From: Betaproteobacteria bacterium
GTDB lineage: Bacteria; Pseudomonadota; Gammaproteobacteria; Burkholderiales; Burkholderiaceae_E
DNA length: 64,000 nt
Direction: 5' to 3'
Assembly: GCA_031421635.1 (NCBI GenBank)
Contig: JANOPA010000014.1
Location: 15,424-79,423, forward strand
The notes under the pieces were generated by a model, which saw only the letters and a program-made list of their open reading frames with translations, did no database searches and had not been told where the DNA came from. The position numbers and the translations under genes were made by a program. Of this stretch, positions 38,391 through 46,729 are shown piece after piece. The stretch's first letter is position 1; the number at the start of each line of letters is the position of its first letter.

Positions 38391-39782
38391 TCAGGCGAAC
38401 AGATCGACATGGTTGGATGCCTTCAAACTGGGAGACGCTTTTTCACGCTCAATTCTCGACAGGTCTTGTTCGAATGATGTGCGCTGGCTCGCAGTCGCAC
38501 CGTGCTGTGCGAGGCGATGACTGGCCCCGACGAGATCGACCACAAGTGGTTCTGGGGCCGCATGGAGGTTGGACCCGTTAATGAGATTGCGAGTCCGCAC
38601 TGCAATGGCTTCAAGATGAAGGGCGTCTACTGAAGTGAGTTTTTGCGTCATGATGTCGTGATACTGCATGGCGACAATTGAGGCTTGAATATGTGACTCG
38701 GTGTCTTTGCTCAGTTCGTTGAGCGCCTTGACGGTACTTCGGGTTTCATCGAGTTTCTGTTGAATAGCTGTGCTGACTGCGGCCACTTCGGTGCTTTCTT
38801 TTTGCGCCGTGTGCATGAGACTTGTGAGGTTACTTTGCATGTCCATAGTAACTTGGCTCAGCGCAGTTCGGATCTCTTCGACGTCTGCTCTTAGTTCTTG
38901 CAGTGTCCTTCGATGATTTTTTAGAAAACTCCACGGATCTAGGGTGTTGGAAGATTGTGCGCCGATCTCGATAGGGCTTTCAAGGTCCAAGCCGGAGCCC
39001 ATGACGTTCAAAGCCATTTGTTTGGCGGCTATATCTGCTTCTCCGAGTAGGTCGTCCGCACGAGCTGCAGTCGTCATGGCGGCTTGCTGCTTTTCGATCA
39101 GACGCGCGGCATGCTCGGCGTTATCTAGCAACTGGTAGTTCTGCCGCTTAAGAATTGTGGAAGCCAATAGGGCCAGGTCCGAGAGTGAAGCCTGTTGGTC
39201 GTTTCGTGTGCTGGTTGATTCCAATAGAGTCTTAGAAAGGTGGTTCTGAGTGTCCTGATTTCGTTCGATCTCGCGAATACTATTGGCAAGTTCGAGTGCC
39301 GAATGGGTGGAAATGTTGATCACTGAGCGAATCTCGATTTGAGCGCTATTGCTGCTGGCGAGCGCCTTCCAAGCATAGTTCGACCACTCTTTGCTTTGTA
39401 TCGCGTGGGCACCAAACCTGCTTGGTAGAAAATCTGTTTCAATCCCGAGTTCGGGCTCAGCGCGGTCGATGATTTTTTGTTGTGGGTGTGGAGTCGTTTG
39501 TGATAATGAAGTGAGAGTGGGCTCAATCTCACCCGTAGAACTCGCGTTTACTGATATGGCAGGGGCTGTTTTTTTGATCTTCTTTTTTATGCTTTTTTGT
39601 ACAAATTTAGGCGATAAAACTTCGGCGTAAATAAAGGCAGCGGCGCCCAGCACAGCGATCAAGCTACATGCTATGGCCCAAAGCGGTGCGAACAAAACCG
39701 TGATCAAGGCAGGCGCGCTGACTGCGAGGAGTACTCGGGCCAGACGCGGGCTGCGCCACATCCGTTTGATCAGTTTGTTCAA
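38391..39782 (-). CDS. Membrane-anchored coiled-coil protein; candidate CheZ-like phosphatase (hypothesis)
   Basis: N-terminal TM hairpin 'VLLAVSAPALITVLFAPLWAIACSLIAVLGAAAFIYA' and a long helical, Q/E/L-rich region. The motif 'VAMQYHDIMTQKL' (38637-38669) resembles the CheZ active site 'MAQDFQDLTGQVI' (D-x3-Q). The gene sits directly upstream of two cheY genes. The start may be TTG at 39782 or ATG at 39761. I am moderately confident it is coding and much less confident of the function. Confidence 0.6.
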   Translation of the reverse strand: MNKLIKRMWRSPRLARVLLAVSAPALITVLFAPLWAIACSLIAVLGAAAFIYAEVLSPKFVQKSIKKKIKKTAPAISVNASSTGEIEPTLTSLSQTTPHPQQKIIDRAEPELGIETDFLPSRFGAHAIQSKEWSNYAWKALASSNSAQIEIRSVINISTHSALELANSIREIERNQDTQNHLSKTLLESTSTRNDQQASLSDLALLASTILKRQNYQLLDNAEHAARLIEKQQAAMTTAARADDLLGEADIAAKQMALNVMGSGLDLESPIEIGAQSSNTLDPWSFLKNHRRTLQELRADVEEIRTALSQVTMDMQSNLTSLMHTAQKESTEVAAVSTAIQQKLDETRSTVKALNELSKDTESHIQASIVAMQYHDIMTQKLTSVDALHLEAIAVRTRNLINGSNLHAAPEPLVVDLVGASHRLAQHGATASQRTSFEQDLSRIEREKASPSLKASNHVDLFA

Positions 39783-40045
39783 AACGACACCTCCCTTGCC
39801 GACAGGAATTGCGAGCGCAGGCCGTAACGATCTAGATAGACCGCTAGATGATCAAGGTCGCAAAAGAGCACCTTGTTTCGAAGGCAAAGCATGTCCTGAA
39901 GCGTCGGATATTCGAGACGAAAAAGAGCCTGGCAGCTCACGCTGATGCGTGCAGTCGACGAAGCCATAGCCAGCGGCTCGCTGATCAGCGAGCGCAGCAC
40001 CGGCATGGCATTGCCGTCATCTATCGAAAGACGATGTTCAGTCAC
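39779..40045 (-). CDS. Small protein (88 aa), possibly STAS-like; first gene of the che operon
   Basis: GTG start with a GAGGGA SD 5 nt upstream. The stop overlaps the next gene's start. Weak resemblance to short STAS/anti-sigma-antagonist folds ('ISVSCQALFRLEYPTLQDMLCL...LDHLAVYLDRYGL'). The family assignment is tentative. Confidence 0.4.
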   Translation of the reverse strand: MTEHRLSIDDGNAMPVLRSLISEPLAMASSTARISVSCQALFRLEYPTLQDMLCLRNKVLFCDLDHLAVYLDRYGLRSQFLSAREVSF

Positions 40046-40328
40046 TCAATTCCCTCTAGCTAGTACAGTGGGCCTGGCGTCTAAGCGCGCCTAGGGCTCC
40101 GATAGGTCTATTCTGAGTCGAGTGCGCTCGCCCATCAATGGCTAGCGAATTAGTGAGCGATCAACGTGGAGTAAGTGCAGACGAACGGACTTTTGGGGCG
40201 CTGCTCCTTGGCCAAAACTGTCGTTTTATTTTCTGAAAGGAGTGCCTGGAGCGCGAGCGGTAGAAGGAGGTGAACAACGACCGGCGAGAAATCGGTCCAT
40301 TTTCGGATGCCTTGTGCAGTCCACGCCC

Positions 40329-41162
40329 TTAGGCTGAGACTTGAGCCAGATCTCGAAGCCGCGCCGGGGTGGTGGTCGGCAGGCCAAAAAACTCTAGATA
40401 GGCGGGGATTTGTTCAAAAAGCATGTCCGCGCCTATTTGAACGCTACAGCCGCGGGCGCTGGCGGCTTGAAGAAAGGCGGTGGGCTCTGCACTGAGCACG
40501 ACTTCGCCCACAAAGGAGGCGCTTGATAGTTTTCTGATGTCGAGCGGCAGAGGGTCAGCTTGGCGCATGCCCAGAGGAGTTGCATTGACCACGAGGTCGA
40601 TGCCGCTCGGGTCGTTGCTTCCGGTTTTGATTTTGAGTTTTGGGTAGTGTCTCATTAGCCTGTGACCGAGGGCGATGCTGGCTCCGTCGTCGACGTCGAA
40701 TAAACATAAGGTGTCAATGTCGGCCTTAGCGAGTGCGGCTGCAATCGCCGAACCTACACCGCCACTACCGACGACGAGGGCCGAGCGCCCAACTGGCTCG
40801 AACCCTTTGCGTTTTATACCTCGTACAAAACCTTCTCCATCAAACATATCCCCCTCCAGTTCACCGGCGGCGCTGACGCGCACCGCATTGCAAGCGCCTG
40901 CGATCTGAACAGCCGCGCTGAAGTGATCTAAAAGTGAGAGGGTCGCCACTTTATGGGGCATGGTAATCAGCGCACCTTTAAAGTTCTTCAACTTGCAGAC
41001 CGATTTCAAAAAGTCCGTATAGTCCAGCGCTTCGCAGGCAAAGGGCACCACAATAGTGTCCACCCCAATCGCTTCGAAATACGGGTTGTAAATCATCGGT
41101 GACTTAAACGTAAATGTCGGAAAGCCGATGTGCGCGATGAAAGAGGTGTTACCGGTAATCAA
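40329..41162 (-). CDS. Shikimate/quinate dehydrogenase family protein (AroE/YdiB-like)
   Basis: 'ITMPHK' substrate-binding motif, Rossmann 'VVGSGGVGSAIAAAL' and 'VNATPLGM'. Confidence 0.8.
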   Translation of the reverse strand: MITGNTSFIAHIGFPTFTFKSPMIYNPYFEAIGVDTIVVPFACEALDYTDFLKSVCKLKNFKGALITMPHKVATLSLLDHFSAAVQIAGACNAVRVSAAGELEGDMFDGEGFVRGIKRKGFEPVGRSALVVGSGGVGSAIAAALAKADIDTLCLFDVDDGASIALGHRLMRHYPKLKIKTGSNDPSGIDLVVNATPLGMRQADPLPLDIRKLSSASFVGEVVLSAEPTAFLQAASARGCSVQIGADMLFEQIPAYLEFFGLPTTTPARLRDLAQVSA

Positions 41163-41169
41163 CGCAGTT

Positions 41170-41610
41170 CTATCCTGTTTTTACCGCAGAGACTGCTGCG
41201 CGTAATGCCAGTAGGTAGCTGTCGACGCCGAAACCGCAAATTTGACCTTTCACAATCTCAGCAAATACCGAGACATGTCTGAACGCTTCACGCGCATGAA
41301 TATTGGACATGTGCAGCTCAACAATCGGGCAAGTCAAAATGGCGAGCGCATCGCGGATGCCAAAGCTGTAGTGGGTCCAGGCGCCCGCATTGATGAGAAC
41401 CGCATCCACCTTGTCTGTGAAGCCTTGGTGAATGCGATCACACATTTCGCCTTCCGAATTGGTCTGGAAGTGTTCAATGCTGGCCCCCAGCTCACGGCCC
41501 AAGCTCGAGAGGCTTGTGTTGATCTCATCAAGGGTGACGGTTCCGTACTGAGCCGGATCACGTTTGCCGAACATGTTGTGATTGATACCGTGAAGCATGA
41601 GGATTTTCAT
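41170..41610 (-). CDS. aroQ: Type II 3-dehydroquinate dehydratase
   Basis: 'MKILMLHGINHNMFGKRDPAQYG', 'FQTNSEGEMCDRIH', 'INAGAWTHYS' and 'VELHMSNIHAREAFR' are hallmark AroQ blocks. Confidence 0.9.
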   Translation of the reverse strand: MKILMLHGINHNMFGKRDPAQYGTVTLDEINTSLSSLGRELGASIEHFQTNSEGEMCDRIHQGFTDKVDAVLINAGAWTHYSFGIRDALAILTCPIVELHMSNIHAREAFRHVSVFAEIVKGQICGFGVDSYLLALRAAVSAVKTG

Positions 41611-41628
41611 CGAACACCTTTCTTTTAA

Positions 41629-42633
41629 TTAGCGTAGTTTCGCCAGTTCCAACTGCATAGCCTTGGTGATGCCGGGGCCGACCAACTCCGCATATTTGTC
41701 GATCACCGGTTTCATTTTGTCGCGTAATTTCTTACTTTCTGTGGCATCAAACTCAGTGACTTGCATGCCTGCTTTCTTGAGTTGATCGATTGCATCGGCG
41801 GTTTGCTTGCGTGAGGCGATGCGTTGTACCTTGATGGCTTCAAGTGTCGCTTCTTCGAAAATTTTCTTTTCATCGCCCGACAAAGTATCCCATGTTTTTT
41901 TACTAATGATTACTGACTGCGGGTTGTAGACGTGACGAGTAAGTGCCAAGTGTTTTTGCACCTCATACAGTCTATTGGCGGTAATCACAGTCAAGGGATT
42001 TTCCTGACCGTCAATTGCTTTTTGTTCAAGCGCAGCATAGACCTCTGGAAAGGCTAGGGGGGTCGGATTGGCACCTAAAGCCTTGACCCAATCTAAATTG
42101 ATTGGGTTAGGGATGACGCGAATTTTTAAGCCTGCGATGTCTTCCACTTTCACAAGAGGCCGCTTGCTATTGGTCATATTCCGAAAGCCGAGCTCGAAGT
42201 AGCCCAGACCTACAAGGCCTTTCTCGGGGAGGCGGTTGTGCATCATTTTGCCAAATTGACCGTCGACGACGGCATCAGCTTCTTTTTCATTAGCGAACAT
42301 GAAGGGGAAGTCATAAATGGCGAACTCTTTCACTTGACTCGCCAGAATGCCCGAATTCATCGTCGCCATGTCAATAGTTCCGCCTTGCATGGCAGATACT
42401 GTCGGAGCGTCGCCGCCGAGCACGCCACCCGGAAAAAGGGTGACCTTAATCTTGCCGCCGGACTTGGCCGCAACCACTTCCGCGAACTTTTCCATGCCGA
42501 TAACAAGTGGATGGCCTTTGGGGTTTTGCGTGGCGAATTTAATCGTACGCTCTTTGATGTCGGCTGCATGGGTCAGGCCAAAAGCGGCCATGACCAAAGT
42601 CGCCATTGTTGCCTTAATCATCATTCGTTTCAT
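41629..42633 (-). CDS. dctP: TRAP transporter substrate-binding protein (DctP family)
   Basis: Signal peptide plus DctP-family blocks ('IKFATQNPKGHPLVIGMEKFAE', 'FELGFRNMTN', 'NPLTVITANRLYEVQKHL'). Confidence 0.9.
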   Translation of the reverse strand: MKRMMIKATMATLVMAAFGLTHAADIKERTIKFATQNPKGHPLVIGMEKFAEVVAAKSGGKIKVTLFPGGVLGGDAPTVSAMQGGTIDMATMNSGILASQVKEFAIYDFPFMFANEKEADAVVDGQFGKMMHNRLPEKGLVGLGYFELGFRNMTNSKRPLVKVEDIAGLKIRVIPNPINLDWVKALGANPTPLAFPEVYAALEQKAIDGQENPLTVITANRLYEVQKHLALTRHVYNPQSVIISKKTWDTLSGDEKKIFEEATLEAIKVQRIASRKQTADAIDQLKKAGMQVTEFDATESKKLRDKMKPVIDKYAELVGPGITKAMQLELAKLR

Positions 42634-42682
42634 AACAAGTCTCCTAAAAGTTTTTGCGTTAGAGTATTTTGGTTTTCTCAGG

Positions 42683-43960
42683 CTAGTAGAACCAACGGGC
42701 CGGCACCATCACCAATTCTGGGAAGGCGACCAATAGGAACATCAAAAAAAACTCGGCGATCATGAAAGGAATTACTCCTCTCGTCACTTCGTCCATCGGT
42801 ATTCGACCGACGCCCGCGACGGTGTTGAGCACGGTGCCCACCGGCGGTGTTACTAAGCCAATCGAATTGTTAATGATAAATAGAACACCGAAGTAAATAG
42901 GATCGATGCCCGCGGCCTTGACCACCGGCATGAGGACCGGGGTAAGTAGCAAAATAGTCGGTGTCATGTCGAGCGCGGTGCCGACGACCATTACAAGAAC
43001 CATAATGGCCACCATCAACAACTTCGGGCTTCCTAGAAGAGGTTCTAGCAGGGCAACAATTTTGTCAGGCAACTGCGCAACCGTAATCAGCCACGCGGAC
43101 ACCATGGCCGCCGCCACGAGAAACATCACAACGGCGCTCGTTTTTGCTGCACTGACGAACACAGGAACCAGTTGCTTAATCGTGATTTCCCGGTACACAA
43201 AGACGGTCACGATAAGGGCGTAGACGGCTGCGACCACCGCAGCCTCGGTCGGGGTAAAGATTCCAAATTTCAAGCCGAAGATAATGATGACTGGCAACAC
43301 TAAAGCCCAGGTTGCTTCACGCAAGGCACGTCCTACTTCCGCAAGCGATTTTCTTGGGGGGGTCGTAGTTACTTCCTGGCGTACCAGGTACCACCAGGTT
43401 ACCCAAAGAGCCGCACCCAACATGATTCCTGGGAAAATACCGGCCAGAAAAAGCTTTGAGATTGAAACGTTCGCAGCGACACCAAAAATGACAAATCCGA
43501 TTGACGGTGGAATCACGGGGCCAATAATTCCTGCTGAAGCAATAAGGCCCGCGGAACGAGCTCGATCATGGCCGGCGGCGATCATCATCGGTAAAAGCAA
43601 GGTTGACAAGGCCGCCGCATCGGCTACGGCCGAGCCCGAAAGTGCCGACAAAACACAAGCGGCGATGATCGTGACATAGCCAAGGCCGCCCCTAATATGC
43701 CCCACGATAGCCATTGCGAAATTCACAATGCGCCGTGACAAGCCGCCCGTGTTCATCACCTCGCCCGCAAGCATGAAGAAAGGCACCGCTAGCAACGGGA
43801 AGCTGTCAGCGCCATTGATCACGTTTTGCGCCAAGATTTGAGCGTCGAACATATCGAGATGCCACATCAACGCGGCACCGCAAAGCATCAACGAAAATGC
43901 GATTGGAATACCAAGGGCCATTGCACCCAGCAAGGACCCCAGAAATACGGCAATCGTCAT
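42683..43960 (-). CDS. dctM: TRAP transporter large permease (DctM family)
   Basis: 425 aa, polytopic, with DctM blocks ('PFFMLAGEVMNTGGLSRRIV', 'GSAVADAAAL', 'PPSIGFVIFG'). 4-nt overlap with dctQ. Confidence 0.9.
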   Translation of the reverse strand: MTIAVFLGSLLGAMALGIPIAFSLMLCGAALMWHLDMFDAQILAQNVINGADSFPLLAVPFFMLAGEVMNTGGLSRRIVNFAMAIVGHIRGGLGYVTIIAACVLSALSGSAVADAAALSTLLLPMMIAAGHDRARSAGLIASAGIIGPVIPPSIGFVIFGVAANVSISKLFLAGIFPGIMLGAALWVTWWYLVRQEVTTTPPRKSLAEVGRALREATWALVLPVIIIFGLKFGIFTPTEAAVVAAVYALIVTVFVYREITIKQLVPVFVSAAKTSAVVMFLVAAAMVSAWLITVAQLPDKIVALLEPLLGSPKLLMVAIMVLVMVVGTALDMTPTILLLTPVLMPVVKAAGIDPIYFGVLFIINNSIGLVTPPVGTVLNTVAGVGRIPMDEVTRGVIPFMIAEFFLMFLLVAFPELVMVPARWFY

Positions 43961-44502
43961 TTGCTTGCCCCTAGTTCGTTTGGACTTATCGCTTCCTCCT
44001 CGGAAGCTTTAAAAGTCTGAAGTTCGGTATCAGAAAAACGACCCTGTAAAAGCTTAAGAAGGTCGCGAAAAATAATCAATCCGCCGAGAACTGCGAAAGC
44101 CATTCCCGACCCGTAAAACCAAGCCATCGAAGCCTCCATGGCCGCACTAGTGCTGGTGAAATTGATTTTGGTTTGCTCAAAAGAGCCTTTAAAAATAAGG
44201 CCGCATACGAAGAGCATCATGATGTAGGAGATTCCCAGACAAAACTTCTTGCCCGTCGAGCCAAGCTTGCCTACCAACATATCGGTCCCTAAGTGGCCGC
44301 GATCTTTAAGTGCTGAAACCGCGCCAAGAAATGTGACCCAGACAAACAGCCATCGAGACAGCTCTTCGGATGTGCTGAGACCCGAGTTAAAGCCATAGCG
44401 CAACACGACATTTCCAAAGACTAAAACAACCATCACAGCCAAGGCGGCGGCAATGAAATAATCTAGCCATCTGCAGTACCGTGTAATAAAACTGTCAAGC
44501 AT
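43957..44502 (-). CDS. dctQ: TRAP transporter small permease (DctQ family)
   Basis: Four predicted TM segments; 'GNVVLRYGFNSGLSTSEELSRWLFVWVTFLGA' is typical of DctQ. I chose the start at 'MLDSF' with an AAGGA SD; the track start at 44592 adds 30 aa. Confidence 0.85.
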   Translation of the reverse strand: MLDSFITRYCRWLDYFIAAALAVMVVLVFGNVVLRYGFNSGLSTSEELSRWLFVWVTFLGAVSALKDRGHLGTDMLVGKLGSTGKKFCLGISYIMMLFVCGLIFKGSFEQTKINFTSTSAAMEASMAWFYGSGMAFAVLGGLIIFRDLLKLLQGRFSDTELQTFKASEEEAISPNELGASK

Positions 44503-44734
44503 TTCTGATTCCTTGCAATGCGCAATGAAGTGCAAACTAGTAGCGCTAACGAGGCCCTTAGGCAAATATCCGATTCCAAAATATCCGGCCATTGCTCATG
44601 GAACCCGGGCCTACATCAGTCGATGAAGCGAGAGATGCCCATTAATGTACCAAATGGTTACTTTTATTATATAGTGAAAACGACTTAACGAGGCAGCCGG
44701 AACGCAAAAATTTACGAGTAATCCAACCCGTGGC

Positions 44735-44887
44735 TCAGGCCAAGGGCGGTTCGTCCGCTGCGCTCTCGGTGAACAGCACACCGACCCGTTCCATCGGTGC
44801 AATTGGCACTTCCGAAAACCCAAGTGACTGCGCAATTGAGCGGTTTTGTTCGCCAAGCAGCGGCGCCGAGAGCCCCCCACCCAATAC
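44735..44887 (-). pseudogene. Possible 3' remnant (~45 codons) of a family III (CaiB/BaiF) CoA-transferase
   Basis: A minus-strand frame not in the track reads 'LSAPLLGEQNRSIAQSLGFSEVPIAPMERVGVLF'. This resembles the conserved C-terminal 'aP.LGEHt.evL.eLG.s.eeI..L...GVi' of CaiB-type enzymes. It is bounded by stops on both sides. Confidence 0.35.
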
Positions 44888-45044
44888 TCAGATCTGCAAA
44901 GTCTAGCCCTCCTCAGCGTCAAATCTTACGAAACCTCGGGATTCACAAATACTTGGCGAATACAATGAAAAGAATATGAATTATTAAAACTAATTGCCGT
45001 GGTAATCTAATTTTTGGATCCTTCTACTTTATTGCGCGCCACCT

Positions 45045-45869
45045 ATGTTGCTGAGCCCCAATCACTTCGAACCCCGTCTCGATCTTGCCTTTGAGCCGGA
45101 TTCGCTAGTCCATTTATTCCACCAAGATCAATATATCAACCTGAGCGAGTCGCCCGAGGTTTTCCCGTGGAGTCGCTACCGAGATGCCGGATTTCATGCC
45201 GAGCGTGTGCATTGCATGGGGTCCTTGGATGGACGCCCCCATTTTGCAGTTGGGCTTGCGGACGATTTCGAAACGACGGCTTTGGCGAACCCCTGGCGCT
45301 TGGGAGGCTTACGCTCCTGGTTTGGAGTCTTGGACGACTTATCTCTATCCCTGGCGATGCGGGCGGTGCAGGTGCTCGAATGGGATCGCACGCATCGCTT
45401 TTGCGGCACCTGCGGGACGCCGACGACAATCGCACCCGGTGAACGCGCCAAGAGATGTCCGGCCTGTCAGTTGACGGTCTACCCGAGAATTTCTCCCGCG
45501 ATGATGGTCTTGGTATGCAAAGGGCGCGAGTTGTTACTGGCTCGCGGAGTCAATTTCCCTCCCGGTCGGTTTAGTGCTTTGGCGGGGTTTTTGGAAGCGG
45601 GCGAGACCATCGAGCAGGCCGTGGTGCGCGAAGTCCGCGAAGAGGTCGGCGTTGAGGTTAATCGACTAGAGTATTTCGGAAGCCAGAGTTGGCCGTTCCC
45701 AAATTCATTAATGATTGCCTTTCGAGCCCATTGGGTATCGGGGGACTTAAACCCCGATCTCAACGAAATTGCGGAGGCGCATTGGTATTTGCCTGAGAAT
45801 TTGCCTCAACTACCACCGCCTCTCAGCATTGCCCGTGCGCTCATCGACTCCACGATTCAAGCCTTGTAA
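45045..45869 (+). CDS. nudC: NAD+ diphosphatase (NADH pyrophosphatase)
   Basis: Zinc ribbon 'CGTCGTPT...RCPAC' followed by the Nudix box 'GFLEAGETIEQAVVREVREEVGV' and the NudC-type 'SQSWPFPNSLMI'. Confidence 0.85.
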   Translation: MLLSPNHFEPRLDLAFEPDSLVHLFHQDQYINLSESPEVFPWSRYRDAGFHAERVHCMGSLDGRPHFAVGLADDFETTALANPWRLGGLRSWFGVLDDLSLSLAMRAVQVLEWDRTHRFCGTCGTPTTIAPGERAKRCPACQLTVYPRISPAMMVLVCKGRELLLARGVNFPPGRFSALAGFLEAGETIEQAVVREVREEVGVEVNRLEYFGSQSWPFPNSLMIAFRAHWVSGDLNPDLNEIAEAHWYLPENLPQLPPPLSIARALIDSTIQAL

Positions 45870-45943
45870 GGTTCGCCTCCTGGCACTGACCGACTTGCAG
45901 TAAACCCCGGGTTGTCACAGGGATACACTTGAGCGAGAAGGAA

Positions 45944-46729
45944 ATGAGGACAGAAGGGGCGAGACCTTTGAGGCCGCTGAGCTTGACGCTCTGCTTGACT
46001 GCAATTTTTTTCGCCGTTCCGGTATTTGTGAATGCACAGGTGATGAGTTGTAAGGCAGTGAGCCCGGCTCAGACCCAGGCGCTCGTCGAAGTTTTTACCT
46101 CTGAGGGCTGTAGCTCTTGCCCTCCGGCTGATCGTTGGCTCAGCGCCCTAGTGCAGGTCCCTAATCAAAAGTTGTTGGCTGTGGGCTTGTCCCTTCATGT
46201 TGATTACTGGGATTACATTGGTTGGAAGGATAGTTTTGCCAAGGCCGCTTACACTCAGCGTCAATATGCTTATGCTCGGCAGCGCGGCGTTTCCGGGGTG
46301 TACACGCCGCAAATTGTGCTGGCTGGTCGGGATTTTCGAAACTGGGACTCGTCGAACGCGTTTTTACAAGCGGTGAAGCAAATTAATGACAAGCCATCCC
46401 GGGCCCACATCGAGATTGATGCCAAGGCAGGCAAGCTAGACAGTGATGTGCATGTTTTCTTTAACGCTAACAGCGATCAAAGTGCGCAATTACATGTCGT
46501 GCTTTTTGAGAATGCGCTGAAGACCAAAGTGAATGCTGGCGAGAACCGTGGCGAGCTATTGGGCCATGATCGAGTGGCGCGTGAATTCCTGAAGCTGGAG
46601 AGCCGGACCGGTCAAACCAAGGTTACGCTTGCCAAGGGGCAAAGGATTGAGCTTTCTGGATTGGCTGCGTTTATGCAGACCTCAAGTGGTGAGGTACTAC
46701 AGGCTGTCGCCTGTGAGTTCAAGCCTTAA
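45944..46729 (+). CDS. DUF1223 domain protein (thioredoxin-like, secreted)
   Basis: Signal peptide, then 'VEVFTSEGCSSCPPADRWL' and 'LHVDYWDYIGWKDSFA', which are typical of DUF1223. I chose the ATG at 45944 with an AAGGA SD; the track start at 45929 is a TTG. Confidence 0.75.
   Translation: MRTEGARPLRPLSLTLCLTAIFFAVPVFVNAQVMSCKAVSPAQTQALVEVFTSEGCSSCPPADRWLSALVQVPNQKLLAVGLSLHVDYWDYIGWKDSFAKAAYTQRQYAYARQRGVSGVYTPQIVLAGRDFRNWDSSNAFLQAVKQINDKPSRAHIEIDAKAGKLDSDVHVFFNANSDQSAQLHVVLFENALKTKVNAGENRGELLGHDRVAREFLKLESRTGQTKVTLAKGQRIELSGLAAFMQTSSGEVLQAVACEFKP

Noticed and set aside
40046-40328. Sigma-54 (GG-N10-GC) or sigma-28 (TAAA-N15-GCCGATAA) promoter upstream of the che operon.
   Set aside because: The nearest look-alikes are AGGCCCACTGTACTAGC on the minus strand and TAAG-N12-TCCGATAG on the plus strand. 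Both have the wrong spacing, and the second is also on the wrong strand. No convincing promoter could be assigned.
44611-44922. 103-aa minus-strand ORF in the dctQ-nudC spacer.
   Set aside because: The translation is Arg/Cys/Trp-rich and implausible. A different frame of the same strand carries the CoA-transferase-like stub, which explains the absence of stops.
46697-46729. 33-nt convergent overlap of the DUF1223 gene and the exonuclease/GIY-YIG gene, and 4-nt convergent overlap of rhlE and gluQ at 49960-49963.
   Set aside because: Convergent 3' overlaps of this size are common in compact genomes. I could see no hairpin or other structure that would suggest antisense regulation.
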